Origin: Archaeoglobaceae archaeon
GTDB taxonomy: Archaea > Halobacteriota > Archaeoglobi > Archaeoglobales > Archaeoglobaceae
Direction: 5' to 3'
Length of the DNA: 64,000 nt
Assembly (NCBI GenBank): GCA_038734275.1
Contig: JAVYOO010000005.1
Coordinates: 31,092-95,091 of the forward strand
The notes beneath the pieces were generated by a model. That model was not told where the DNA came from and did no database searches. It saw nothing but the letters and a program-made list of their open reading frames with translations. A program made the translations under genes and the position numbers. Positions 26,645-35,582 of the stretch are shown one piece after another; positions within the stretch are counted from its first letter, which is position 1, and the number at the start of each line of letters is the position of its first letter.

Positions 26645-27073
26645 TCAGAGAAACTCGTAGGCTTTTGCTATATACATCACGAGACTCTTTAAAGCGCGGA
26701 AAAAGTCCACCGTTATATTGTAGGCAAGCGGTTTGTTTGTTGTGAAGTTTAGGTTTGACTGATTTGCTATATAAGCCATACCCGTGTTACCCGTAAAATT
26801 TCCGAAGAAGTTGGTATAGTTTACAGAGAGTTCTCTAAGCGTGTCGTTAAACGCAGCTACGAGTGTCTGATTCTGGGCTGTAACCCCCATGATTGCAGCG
26901 AGGAACTTCACAAGCCAGACTTGTATTGCCATGAGACCGTAGATGAAGTCGGGATGTGTTGGCGGTAAAGTTGACATTATGGGCTCAAGCATTCCATGGA
27001 TTAAGATGAATGAATCCTGAATCGGTTGCAGAATTCCTCTTGCAACGAATTCACTTGCTCTGGCTATCGGCAT
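26645..27073 (-). CDS. sequon-rich small protein, paralog family member 3 (uncharacterised)
   Basis: 142 aa with the family core QNQT-x14-VNYTNFFGNFTGNTGMAY. All 7 sequons lie C-terminal to a single hydrophobic segment. Confidence 0.55.
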   Translation of the reverse strand: MPIARASEFVARGILQPIQDSFILIHGMLEPIMSTLPPTHPDFIYGLMAIQVWLVKFLAAIMGVTAQNQTLVAAFNDTLRELSVNYTNFFGNFTGNTGMAYIANQSNLNFTTNKPLAYNITVDFFRALKSLVMYIAKAYEFL

Positions 27074-27503
27074 GTGTTCACCCGAATTCGTTCTGTTATT
27101 AGGTTCGGTTTTATCTCATCTCTAAGTAGCAGACTTGAAAGATCGTTAAGGTTATTCTCTGGCATCTCTAAACCCATAAAAACACAAACACCCAAACTAC
27201 CCACTACCACCTCCAAATTACTATATAAGCGATTAATATAATTCACCATCTCTTTATTATGGGTGCGAAATGTGATCATTCCATTCCAGATTTATCTTCC
27301 TTAATAAAAACTTTTTCCATTATGGGGGTATTGAAAATCATGATACATCTGTGCATCCATTCCAGTTTTTGTTTGATGGCTTTCGCAAAAGTAAAGGGCA
27401 GACTTTTGAGTGGCTTATGGTAGCCTAAATGCCTTGGATCTTTAGCTGTGCTTTGGCAGAGTTATGGAAAATCTTATTATATGGTTATTTTTAACCATGA
27501 TCT

Positions 27504-29000
27504 ATGAAGTCGATGCCAAAAAAAGGTTTGAGCAAAGAAGAAATTTTAAATAAATTGAAAGAATACTGCGCTGACGACGTCGATCCCTATAGCGGGAGAC
27601 TTTTTACAATAGCCTTTGAGCCGGGGGTTGAGGAGCTAAGAGATGTTGCCTTTGAAGCGATAAAGATGTTTGCATTCAAGAACATGCTCGACTTTACGGA
27701 ATTTCCGAGCATGATCAGGATGGAAAAAGACATCGTGGATTATGCAATCTCGCTGATGCACGGTGATGAAAACGTTGTCGGAACCTTCACTTTCGGTGGA
27801 ACTGAAAGCGTTTTTCTGGCGGTAAAATCCGCAAGGGAACGGTTTATTTTGAGCAAGGGGGCAATAACCACTCCAGAGATTGTGATGCCTATCACTGGGC
27901 ATCCATGCTACGATAAAGCAGCTGAATACATGGGACTTAAGGTTAAGCGTGTCAGAGTTGACGAAGAAAGCTTCACTGCTGACGTTGATGCCATCAATGA
28001 GGCGATAACCGAGAATACCGCCATGATCGTGGGCTCAACTCCAAACTGGCCTCTCGGCACGATAGATCCGATAAAAGAACTTGCGGAAATTGCCGTTGAC
28101 AAGAACATCTGGCTTCATGTCGATGCGTGTGTTGGTGGTTTTGTTCTGCCATTCATGCGAAAAGCTGGTGAGAAGATTCCAGAGTTCGATTTCAGAATTG
28201 ATGGAGTATGCTCAATTTCGATGGATCCGCACAAATACGCTTATACGCCAATTGGTGCATCTATTGTCTTATTCAGGAAGAAGTTCCACAAGATGTATTC
28301 ACAGTTCTCAAATCTGAAGTGGCCTGGATATCCGATTGTAAATCCTGCTGTGCTTTCTTCACGCTCTGAAGCTTTGCTTGCCGCAGCATGGGCGGTAATT
28401 CACTTCCTTGGCGAAGAGGGCTATACTGAGCTTGCCAAAAAGATCATATCTGCAAAGAACAGAATAGTTAAGGGATTTAAGGAAGCGGGTTATAGAGTTA
28501 TGGGTGAACCTTCTGTAATTGCAGCGTTTACCTCTGACTTAAATCTCTTCAGACTGAGCGACGAAATGGCGAAGAAGGGCTGGCTAATACAGCCACAGAA
28601 GGGAATTCCAGCGATGAACATCCCACCAAGTCTGCATGTCACCATAACTCCGATCCACGACAGAACAATAGATGCAATGCTTTCAGATCTCAAAGAATGC
28701 ACCGAAGTCGTGAAGAGGCTCCCGCCAAGCGAAGCGGATAGCTTGCTTGATATATTCAGTGTTGCCCTTGGAATGCTCGCTCCTGGAGAAATGGATGTTG
28801 TAACACTTGCAAAACTGATGACAGAAGCGGAAAAGATGTTAACAGCCTACGGGCCGAAACTTCTTCAGGCTTTGGGACTTGAAAAAGGATTCCCGAAGGA
28901 GATGGGTCCGATATTCCAGCTTCTCGCTTCTGTGCCACCAGAAATGGCTGAACTGCTCGCCAGCTATGTCGTTATAGAGATGTTCAGCAGAGGAGTTTAA
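27504..29000 (+). CDS. PLP-dependent group II decarboxylase family protein (sphingosine-1-phosphate-lyase-like long form)
   Basis: It has the PLP-Lys motif SMDPHKYAYTP, a preceding HVDACVGGF motif and GGTESVFLAV. At 498 aa it is longer than MfnA-type enzymes. Confidence 0.7.
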   Translation: MKSMPKKGLSKEEILNKLKEYCADDVDPYSGRLFTIAFEPGVEELRDVAFEAIKMFAFKNMLDFTEFPSMIRMEKDIVDYAISLMHGDENVVGTFTFGGTESVFLAVKSARERFILSKGAITTPEIVMPITGHPCYDKAAEYMGLKVKRVRVDEESFTADVDAINEAITENTAMIVGSTPNWPLGTIDPIKELAEIAVDKNIWLHVDACVGGFVLPFMRKAGEKIPEFDFRIDGVCSISMDPHKYAYTPIGASIVLFRKKFHKMYSQFSNLKWPGYPIVNPAVLSSRSEALLAAAWAVIHFLGEEGYTELAKKIISAKNRIVKGFKEAGYRVMGEPSVIAAFTSDLNLFRLSDEMAKKGWLIQPQKGIPAMNIPPSLHVTITPIHDRTIDAMLSDLKECTEVVKRLPPSEADSLLDIFSVALGMLAPGEMDVVTLAKLMTEAEKMLTAYGPKLLQALGLEKGFPKEMGPIFQLLASVPPEMAELLASYVVIEMFSRGV

Positions 29001-29013
29001 AAATTAAAATTTT

Positions 29014-29472
29014 TTACTTTAAAATCGGTCCCACATCAGGATAGCCCTGTCTCTGTCCAGTGCCCGCAAGCTTCTGCAATTTCTTGGGATTCAAAAGCAG
29101 ATCTACCGCATTTCTAACATGCTCTCTGATGCGGTTCTCTGCTACTGCCAAAAGCTCCTTCTCAGTCTCTGCCTCATCCTCATGCACGGTTACATCGATC
29201 ACATGTTTTCCCGTGAGGATTTGCACGGTGATTAGCCCGACGCTCATTGCCAAATAGCTCACAAGATCCTTTTGAGTTTTTCCAACCCATCCAAGCGAGA
29301 CAACGATATCGCAACCTTCGTCAAGGAGCTTCTTAACAGCTACGGGCAAATCCTTGATTCCCGGCACAGTATAGCGCTCATATTTAAGCCCTGAGATTTT
29401 TCTCAGCTCATCTATTGCAATTTTACCCATGTCTATTCTCGAGAACGTGGTGTCAGCAATTCCGACCTTCAT
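29014..29472 (-). CDS. ribC: riboflavin synthase, archaeal type
   Basis: It resembles the M. jannaschii-type enzyme closely: KVGIADTTFSRIDMG...VPGIKDLPVAVKKLL...VHEDEA. The length is 152 aa. Confidence 0.85.
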   Translation of the reverse strand: MKVGIADTTFSRIDMGKIAIDELRKISGLKYERYTVPGIKDLPVAVKKLLDEGCDIVVSLGWVGKTQKDLVSYLAMSVGLITVQILTGKHVIDVTVHEDEAETEKELLAVAENRIREHVRNAVDLLLNPKKLQKLAGTGQRQGYPDVGPILK

Positions 29473-30581
29473 GGTTGCAGTTCCTTTCTTGCAAACTCCA
29501 AAGCAGGCTTAATCAGATTCTTGCGTAGCAGAATGTCCTCAATTGCTGTTAGCACCGCCATTACTTCGAATTTTCCGATGCTTCCCATTGTTGCAATCCT
29601 GAAGATCTTTCCCTTTACCTTATCCTGTCCACCGCTGATAACGATTCCGTATTCCTTCCTGAGGGTATCTCTGAGCTCTTTTTCCGTGGTTCCAGCTGGA
29701 ATATTGATCGCTGTGACCGTATTGGAGTAGTCCGAGAACTTATCGGGCTGTGGGAAGAGCTTGAGTCCAGCGTTCACCGCCCATTCTCGCACAGCCTTGG
29801 CGAGCTTTCTGTGTCTCTTTACTCTGTTTTCCATTCCCTCCTCTTTGATCATCTTCAGCGCCTCTTCGAGAGCAAAGAACAATGGCACCGCTGGTGTGTA
29901 AGGCGTCTGAAGTTCTGGAAGCTTCTTCTTGTAAGCCTTTAAGTCGAGATAGAGCGGGCACTTCGGATTGTAGAACTGCCAAGCCCTTTCGCTAACCGCA
30001 ACTGCAGCAAGCCCCGGAGGTGCTCCAAGGCACTTCTGTGTTCCAACTACTGCGACATCGATTCCCCATTCATCCATCTTAACGTAATCTCCACCAGCAG
30101 ACGTTATCGCATCCATTATCGTGAGAGCATCGAACTTCCTCGCAATCTTTGCAATCTCCTCTGCTGGATTGAGCATTCCTGTCGAAGTTTCATTGTGCAC
30201 GAAAGCGACGGCTTTTGCTCCCTTTTCAAGGGCTTCCTTCAGCTTCTCAAGATCGATTGGCTGTCCCCATTCGAATTGGAGTCTTTCAACCTCCGTGTAG
30301 CGTTCCGCGATCTCTCCCATTCTTTCTCCAAACTTTCCGTTCTCGAGAGTTACGAACTTTCCAACATTGCTGAAGGAAGCAATCCCCGCTTCAACTCCCG
30401 CGGTTCCTGAGCCCGAGATGAAATAAACCTCATTCTTTGTCCCAAAAACCTCTTTCATCATCTCTCCGCAGAACTTCAAAATCTCCGCAAAGTCAGCGGA
30501 GCGATGTCCTATCATCTGTCTGCACATAGCCCTTATTACTCTCTCATGCAGTTGAATCGGGCCAGGTAGCATTATCAACAT
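29469..30581 (-). CDS. class V aminotransferase (serine/alanine-glyoxylate or aspartate aminotransferase-like)
   Basis: It has the MLPGP N-terminus typical of the family and a PLP-Lys region (VVGTQKCLGAPPG). The start is taken at the ATG just after the ribL stop. Confidence 0.75.
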   Translation of the reverse strand: MLIMLPGPIQLHERVIRAMCRQMIGHRSADFAEILKFCGEMMKEVFGTKNEVYFISGSGTAGVEAGIASFSNVGKFVTLENGKFGERMGEIAERYTEVERLQFEWGQPIDLEKLKEALEKGAKAVAFVHNETSTGMLNPAEEIAKIARKFDALTIMDAITSAGGDYVKMDEWGIDVAVVGTQKCLGAPPGLAAVAVSERAWQFYNPKCPLYLDLKAYKKKLPELQTPYTPAVPLFFALEEALKMIKEEGMENRVKRHRKLAKAVREWAVNAGLKLFPQPDKFSDYSNTVTAINIPAGTTEKELRDTLRKEYGIVISGGQDKVKGKIFRIATMGSIGKFEVMAVLTAIEDILLRKNLIKPALEFARKELQP

Positions 30582-30582
30582 A

Positions 30583-31008
30583 TCATTCACCCCCATATTT
30601 TTCTAAAATTCTTTCAATTATTTTTCGGGAACTGCAAAGTCCGCAATTCTCCTCAACTTTTATTCTAACTACTTCACAATTCAAACCCCTCTTTTTTAGC
30701 TCTTCTCTCAACCATTCTTCGCTGAAATGCTGGTTGAATCCCAATGCAATCACATCGGGCTTAAGCTCAACGATAGGCTTGAAAATGTCGTTTTCGTCTC
30801 CAAGAATCGCTTTATCGACGAACTTTATAGCCTCAACGACTTTTCTCCTTTGCTCTTCAGGAATTACAGGCTTTGGCTTGTGCTTTACGTTCTTTTCTCT
30901 TGCTACAATTACCACCAACTCATCTCCGAGCTTCTTCGCTTCCTCAAGGAACTTGATATGCCCAGGATGTATCAGGTCGAAGGTTCCAGTTGCAACTACT
31001 CTTCGCAT
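30583..31008 (-). CDS. ribL: FAD synthase (archaeal RibL, cytidylyltransferase-like)
   Basis: The N-terminus is RVVATGTFDLIHPGHIKFLEEAKKLGDELVVIVARE with an HxGH nucleotidyltransferase motif. The length of about 140 aa is RibL-like. Confidence 0.8.
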   Translation of the reverse strand: MRRVVATGTFDLIHPGHIKFLEEAKKLGDELVVIVAREKNVKHKPKPVIPEEQRRKVVEAIKFVDKAILGDENDIFKPIVELKPDVIALGFNQHFSEEWLREELKKRGLNCEVVRIKVEENCGLCSSRKIIERILEKYGGE

Positions 31009-31067
31009 ATCTCAAAAGATTTTCAGGCTATTGCATAAACATTTTTCGACTTCTCATTTGCGAGTTA

Positions 31068-31268
31068 TTAACTCTCAAGCTTTGCGTCGTAACCCTCCTT
31101 TCTTATGATCTCGATAAACTTCTCAATCTTTTCTCCTTCAGGAATTTCCATTTCGAGTTCTTTGAGGCTTATTCCCCTTACAATAGCCCCCGCTTCTTCA
31201 AGCTTCTTTCTTACCTTTGCCACACAGCCTTTGCATTTCAGTCCGCTGAGGGAAAGCTTTACGATCAT
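31068..31268 (-). CDS. heavy-metal-associated (HMA) domain metallochaperone
   Basis: 66 aa with the metal-binding motif GLKCKGCV (CxxC) in a ferredoxin-like beta-alpha-beta-beta-alpha-beta layout. Confidence 0.65.
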   Translation of the reverse strand: MIVKLSLSGLKCKGCVAKVRKKLEEAGAIVRGISLKELEMEIPEGEKIEKFIEIIRKEGYDAKLES

Positions 31269-31311
31269 AGCTGGACATTTTCGATCGAATTTTTAATTCT
31301 TTTGAGCAACA

Positions 31312-31394
31312 TGCGGAGGGGGGGATTCGAACCCCCGAACCCCTACGGGACTGGACCCTAAATCCAGCGCCTTTGACCACTCGGCAACCTCCGC
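31312..31394 (-). tRNA. tRNA-Leu: tRNA-Leu (anticodon UAG)
   Basis: An 83-nt class II tRNA with a long variable arm. The acceptor is GCGGAGG/CCTCCGC, the anticodon stem is CTGGA/TCCAG and the loop is TTTAGGG. No CCA is encoded. Confidence 0.9.
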
Positions 31395-31417
31395 AAATAT
31401 AGTTTGAGTAGTGCTTT

Positions 31418-31870
31418 TTAAATATCTTGCCCTAACTTAGTAAAGCTTAATAAGTGAAGCGTCAAAAGTTTTTCGGGCTCGTAGCTCAGCGGTAGAGCGC
31501 CGCCTTCGCGAGGCGGAGGCCCCGGGTTCAAATCCCGGCGAGTCCATGTTTTTCTGGGATTAGAGACTTCATAAATACCATCGTTAAGTTCTCGATTTTT
31601 TGAATTGCTTGATTTTCGGTTTGGAGGTTGTGGAATTTTATTCTCTTTGGATATCTCATATGGGTTGGCAACTCGGTTGCCAACTATGTGTATGAAAAAC
31701 CACTCTCTATCACGGTAAATCTCCGCTTCACAACCGATAAGTTCGGAAAATTCCACTGGCAACAGCAAGTAAGGGTATTCAAAGTCCTCTTTGGCTTTCT
31801 TTTTTCGAATAGCTACTTTTCTAACAAGTTCCATAAAGACATTGTTGACAACTTGAGAAAAGACTTCCAA
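31418..31870 (-). CDS. hypothetical small protein (possibly AbrB/SpoVT-like); 3' part runs antisense through tRNA-Ala
   Basis: The ORF is 150 aa. The segment YLLLPVEFSELIGCEAEIYRDREWFFIHIV loosely resembles swapped-hairpin DNA binders. The true 3' end and expression are uncertain. The central 87 bp is duplicated at 45355-45441. Confidence 0.3.
   Translation of the reverse strand: MEVFSQVVNNVFMELVRKVAIRKKKAKEDFEYPYLLLPVEFSELIGCEAEIYRDREWFFIHIVGNRVANPYEISKENKIPQPPNRKSSNSKNRELNDGIYEVSNPRKTWTRRDLNPGPPPREGGALPLSYEPEKLLTLHLLSFTKLGQDI
31475..31546 (+). tRNA. tRNA-Ala: tRNA-Ala (anticodon CGC)
   Basis: 72 nt with acceptor GGGCTCG/CGAGTCC, which contains the G3:U70 Ala identity pair. The anticodon loop is TTCGCGA. 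No CCA is encoded. Confidence 0.92.
31676..31762. repeat. 87-bp perfect inverted repeat, copy 1 (reverse complement of 45355-45441)
   Basis: I verified the reverse complement character by character. Weaker similarity continues about 35 nt beyond one end. Confidence 0.92.
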
Positions 31871-31985
31871 ATTTGCTTTTAGAAATCATTTGAGCTCATT
31901 ATAGAGAATATAGAGAATTTTGAAGTTTTTATTTTTACTCTGAATCAGCAGTTAATTTTTTACAGCCATTGTATAGCATAAACTC

Positions 31986-32816
31986 ATGTGGAAAAGATGG
32001 CTGTTAATTCTGGTGCTCTTATTGATAATTTTGGTCTCTGGATGCATTGAATTTAGAGATATAGGGGCTGGAAAATCACTGGAAGAATGCAACATCCTTA
32101 AAAAACAATACGAAGAGCTTGCAAATGACTATAACAGACTGTGGGACGAATATAACTCGCTTCTGAATAAGTACTCCGCTCTCAAAATGGATTTAGGATT
32201 TGCAAAGCTACCCCCATATGTCGTGATCGAAAATAGAACGGTAAATATAATTTTCAAAACGTCCAAAGGGGGCTTGCATGTTTGGTTTGTCCCGATAGAG
32301 ACTCTGGAGTTGACCATAATTCGGGGATATTACGAAAGAAAAAACTTACAATACAAAATTCTAAAAAATGAGAAGATGGGGGAGTTCTATAGGGTTGTGG
32401 ATGTCAGTCGATTTATTGACGATAGGAGCTTTTCAAAAGTAATGCCTGAGCTATATAAAGAGCTTAATAGTGACGAAGCTTTTATCCAGGAAGTTTGGTA
32501 TATTGCTACCCAGCTGACTGTTTATCATCCAGAATTAGAAGAAATTCCCCGATTCCCGATCGAAACCCTTATTGGTGGTGGAGGAGATTGCGAAGACATT
32601 GCAATTTTGATCGCAAGTATGTTGAAAGCTGCGCAGGCAAATTACATAGTTAAGATCGTTTATATGGACTCTGAGAATCCAAGTGAACCAAAAAAAGTTA
32701 ATCATGCCATTGTTTGGGTTGAAACTCCTAGTGGATACAAGACATTCGTCGATGGAACATGTAAGGAGTCAATTAGCCCATTTACAGAAGTTAGCGGATG
32801 GTATCTCGAAGTTTAA
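31986..32816 (+). CDS. lipoprotein-like protein with C-terminal transglutaminase-like cysteine protease core
   Basis: It has a signal peptide with a lipobox-like LVSGC and a coiled-coil segment. Candidate Cys/His/Asp triad elements are GGGGDCEDIAILIASML, NHAIVWVE and VDGT. Confidence 0.55.
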   Translation: MWKRWLLILVLLLIILVSGCIEFRDIGAGKSLEECNILKKQYEELANDYNRLWDEYNSLLNKYSALKMDLGFAKLPPYVVIENRTVNIIFKTSKGGLHVWFVPIETLELTIIRGYYERKNLQYKILKNEKMGEFYRVVDVSRFIDDRSFSKVMPELYKELNSDEAFIQEVWYIATQLTVYHPELEEIPRFPIETLIGGGGDCEDIAILIASMLKAAQANYIVKIVYMDSENPSEPKKVNHAIVWVETPSGYKTFVDGTCKESISPFTEVSGWYLEV

Positions 32817-32826
32817 AAAATATAAT

Positions 32827-33201
32827 TTACTTCTTAATAAGCTCCTCAATAGCCTCTCTGCACGCCGCGACCGCCTGAGCACCGCCTGCAACGAAGATCA
32901 CCCGAATTGCCTCGACGATTTCTTCTCTCGTAGCTCCACGGTTCATCGCCCCTCGCATTGCTGAAGTGACGCATTCCTTGCAATGCCTTTGGGCTCCCAT
33001 TGCCATAACCAGCATGAGCTTGAACTTCGCAGGCAGAGCTCCGTCTTCCTGTATTGCTTTATCGCAGAACTCATAGAACTCAACAGCCTTCGGATCAAGC
33101 TCTTTAACAAGCTTCATAATTCCCGGGGCAAACCCCATCTTCTTCTCTATGCTTTTAACAACTTTTTCGTGCTGAGTCATATAACCACCAATCATAATCA
33201 A
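32827..33201 (-). CDS. carboxymuconolactone decarboxylase (AhpD-like) family protein
   Basis: The helical AhpD-like core contains the HCKECV motif. The start is uncertain (TTG at 33201, ATG at 33195 or 33180). Confidence 0.65.
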   Translation of the reverse strand: MIMIGGYMTQHEKVVKSIEKKMGFAPGIMKLVKELDPKAVEFYEFCDKAIQEDGALPAKFKLMLVMAMGAQRHCKECVTSAMRGAMNRGATREEIVEAIRVIFVAGGAQAVAACREAIEELIKK

Positions 33202-33256
33202 TAATTGTATATATAACCCTATTCCTCCTTTTCAATCAATTCGAAGACCGCACAAT

Positions 33257-33264
33257 TTTTTAAA
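33257..33264 (+). promoter_or_regulatory. TATA-like box (tttttaaa) about 28 nt upstream of the hypF ATG
   Basis: The spacing is consistent with a leaderless hypF mRNA starting near 33288. Confidence 0.4.
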
Positions 33265-33287
33265 GTTTGCAAGCTCAGAATTTGCAA

Positions 33288-35582
33288 ATGCTCAAAGCGA
33301 TCAGAATCAAGCTCATCGGAGTTGTTCAGGGAGTTGGTTTAAGACCATTTGTTTACCGCTTGGCGGTAGCCAAAGCTCTTAATGGCTATGTTCGAAATAT
33401 GGGGGGTAGCGAAGTCGAAATTCTTGTAGAGGGTTCTGATGAAGCCTTAAAATCCTTCATAGATAGACTGCAAAAGGAAAAACCGATTTCCGCAAGGTTC
33501 GAGCAAGTTATTATTGAAGAAGTTGAGCCTTGTGGCTATAAGGATTTCAAAATTCTAAAAAGCGATTCGAAATTTGAGGAAAGAAGCATAATCCCGCCAG
33601 ATTTTGCGATCTGCAAAGACTGTGCTCAAGAAATCTTGAGCTCAGGCAGTAGATTCTATCGCTACCACTGGAACAGCTGTGCTTGGTGCGGTCCGAGATT
33701 TTCCATGCTCTATAGTTTGCCATACGACCGTGAAAACACCGCAATGAACCAATTTCCTCTTTGCGAAGAATGCTCAAGTGATTATGGCAATCCAGGGAAT
33801 TTGAGGAGATTTCATGCTCAGGGAATAAGCTGTCCAAAGTGCGGTCCGAAAACGCTCGTTTACGATTTGAATGGAAAAAGAATGGTTGTGGAGGATGCAG
33901 TTGATTTTGCGGTCGAGAAGCTCCTTGAAGGTAAGATTCTCGCTATAAAGGGAATTGGTGGTTATCACATAGCCTGTCTTGGCTCAGACGACTCCATCGT
34001 CTTGGAGCTGAGGAAGAGAAAAAGAAGGGAGAACAAACCATTTGCCTTAATGGCGAAAGATTATAGTGTGGTAGAGAAAATTGCAGACCCGCCCTCGGGG
34101 GCAAAAGAGCTTTTGGAGTCTCCAGAAAGACCAATAGTTGTGATGCCAAAGAAAGGCTCTTCGGTTTCTGAATTCGTTGCTCCGGGGCTTTCCACAATCG
34201 GAATAATGCTTCCTTACTCAGCATTTCAGATTCTTCTTTTAAGCAAAATTCCAGACGGATTTCTAATAATGACGAGCGGAAATGTTCACGGAAAGCCGAT
34301 GTGCAGAAACCTTGAAGAAGTTTTTTCACAGCTTTCTGGCATTGTTGACTACGTTGTTGAGCATGAAAGGGAAATCGTGCACAGGGTTGATGACAGCGTT
34401 CTGAGATTCACAGATGGTGAGCCTGTTTTCCTGCGAAGAGGCAGGGGCTATGCTCCTGAGTGGATTAAAGTTTGCAGAGATTTGCCCAATGGCATAGCTC
34501 TTGGAGCAGAGCTACAAACCGCTGGAGCAATTTCATTTGATAACAAGGTTGTTTTAACGCAATTCATTGGAGACCTTGATGAAATCGAGAATCTTGAGGC
34601 AATGAAGAGCGAAATAAGCTGGCTTGTTGAGAATTACCGAATAAAGCCCGAATTCATAGCCATTGACATGCATCCACTTTATCACAACAGAAAATTGCTC
34701 AAAGATTTTCCTTCAGCCCCAGTTTTTGAAGTCCAGCACCATCATGCTCACGCAGTGTCTGCAATTGCAGAACTCGGCTTGGAACCAGAAGATAAGGCTT
34801 TAGCGATAACGATCGACGGAACTGGTTATGGCGACGACGGGGCTATATGGGGTGGAGAAGTGCTGATTGCAAACTGGAAAGAATACGAAAGGATTGCAAG
34901 CCTTAAGCCATTCAACCTTCCTGGCGGAGACAGCTCCGCAAAATATCCCGCAAAATCTCTGATTGCCCTAATGAGCTCTTATGGGTTTAAAGAGGATGAA
35001 ATTCTTGAGCTTCTGAATGAAAGAAACCTAATCGATTCTTTGCCCTATGGCTTGAAAGAAGCTGAAATCACATGCATGATTGCAAAGAAAGGAAAAGGAG
35101 TTGCAACTACAAGCTTGGGAAGGATTTTAGATGCCTTTTCAGCACTGCTTGGCATTTGCACAGAAAGAACCTATGAGGGAGAGCCACCGATGAAGCTTGA
35201 AGCCTTGGCAGACTTTGGAAAGGACTTTAAGCTAACTGCGAAGCTTTGCAAAGAAGACAGAATCCTTATAGACGTTAAGAACTTGCTCGAATGGGCAATT
35301 GAAAGCGAAGGTAAAAAAGAGGACCTCGCAAGAACAGTTTTGCAGGGAATAGGGAGGGCACTTGGCTTGACTGCACTCGAGGTTTTCAGGCAAAGGAGTC
35401 TGGAATACGAAAAAGTTATTGTCACTGGTGGTGCGGGTGTGAATACATACCTCGTTAAAGGAATTCGGGAGATTCTCTCCGCAGAAGAAATTGAGGTTTA
35501 TTTGCCCAGAAAAACCCCCCTTGGGGACGGTGGAATCGCTTTGGGGCAAATACTTATAGCTTCAGCCAATTTGATGCTTTAA
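33288..35582 (+). CDS. hypF: [NiFe]-hydrogenase maturation carbamoyltransferase HypF
   Basis: It has an acylphosphatase-like N-terminus (VQGVGLRPFVYRLA). It has two Zn-finger pairs (CKDC...CAWCGPRFS, CEEC...CPKCGPK). YrdC-like and Kae1-like domains follow. The length is about 765 aa. Confidence 0.93.
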   Translation: MLKAIRIKLIGVVQGVGLRPFVYRLAVAKALNGYVRNMGGSEVEILVEGSDEALKSFIDRLQKEKPISARFEQVIIEEVEPCGYKDFKILKSDSKFEERSIIPPDFAICKDCAQEILSSGSRFYRYHWNSCAWCGPRFSMLYSLPYDRENTAMNQFPLCEECSSDYGNPGNLRRFHAQGISCPKCGPKTLVYDLNGKRMVVEDAVDFAVEKLLEGKILAIKGIGGYHIACLGSDDSIVLELRKRKRRENKPFALMAKDYSVVEKIADPPSGAKELLESPERPIVVMPKKGSSVSEFVAPGLSTIGIMLPYSAFQILLLSKIPDGFLIMTSGNVHGKPMCRNLEEVFSQLSGIVDYVVEHEREIVHRVDDSVLRFTDGEPVFLRRGRGYAPEWIKVCRDLPNGIALGAELQTAGAISFDNKVVLTQFIGDLDEIENLEAMKSEISWLVENYRIKPEFIAIDMHPLYHNRKLLKDFPSAPVFEVQHHHAHAVSAIAELGLEPEDKALAITIDGTGYGDDGAIWGGEVLIANWKEYERIASLKPFNLPGGDSSAKYPAKSLIALMSSYGFKEDEILELLNERNLIDSLPYGLKEAEITCMIAKKGKGVATTSLGRILDAFSALLGICTERTYEGEPPMKLEALADFGKDFKLTAKLCKEDRILIDVKNLLEWAIESEGKKEDLARTVLQGIGRALGLTALEVFRQRSLEYEKVIVTGGAGVNTYLVKGIREILSAEEIEVYLPRKTPLGDGGIALGQILIASANLML

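Noticed and set aside
27064-27279. A 71-aa minus-strand ORF overlapping the start of the first small-protein gene by 10 nt
   Set aside because: It has no motif, no clear promoter spacing and no similarity to the paralog family. It could be a real first gene of the operon, but the support is insufficient to list it as a feature.
16988-27300. The idea that the 17-27 kb cluster is a genomic island integrated at tRNA-Arg
   Set aside because: I found no integrase gene. I also found no direct repeat of the tRNA-Arg 3' half (ccgggttcaattcccggcgagccc) at the far end of the cluster. A compositional shift was not quantified. This stays an open possibility only, and it needs a GC/codon-usage scan.
27277-27368. 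A short direct repeat cat(t)ccattccag(a/t)ttt occurring twice, 76 bp apart, in the divergent promoter region between the small-protein operon and the decarboxylase gene
   Set aside because: Only 9-12 nt match, in AT-rich DNA. That is too short to distinguish from chance without comparative data.
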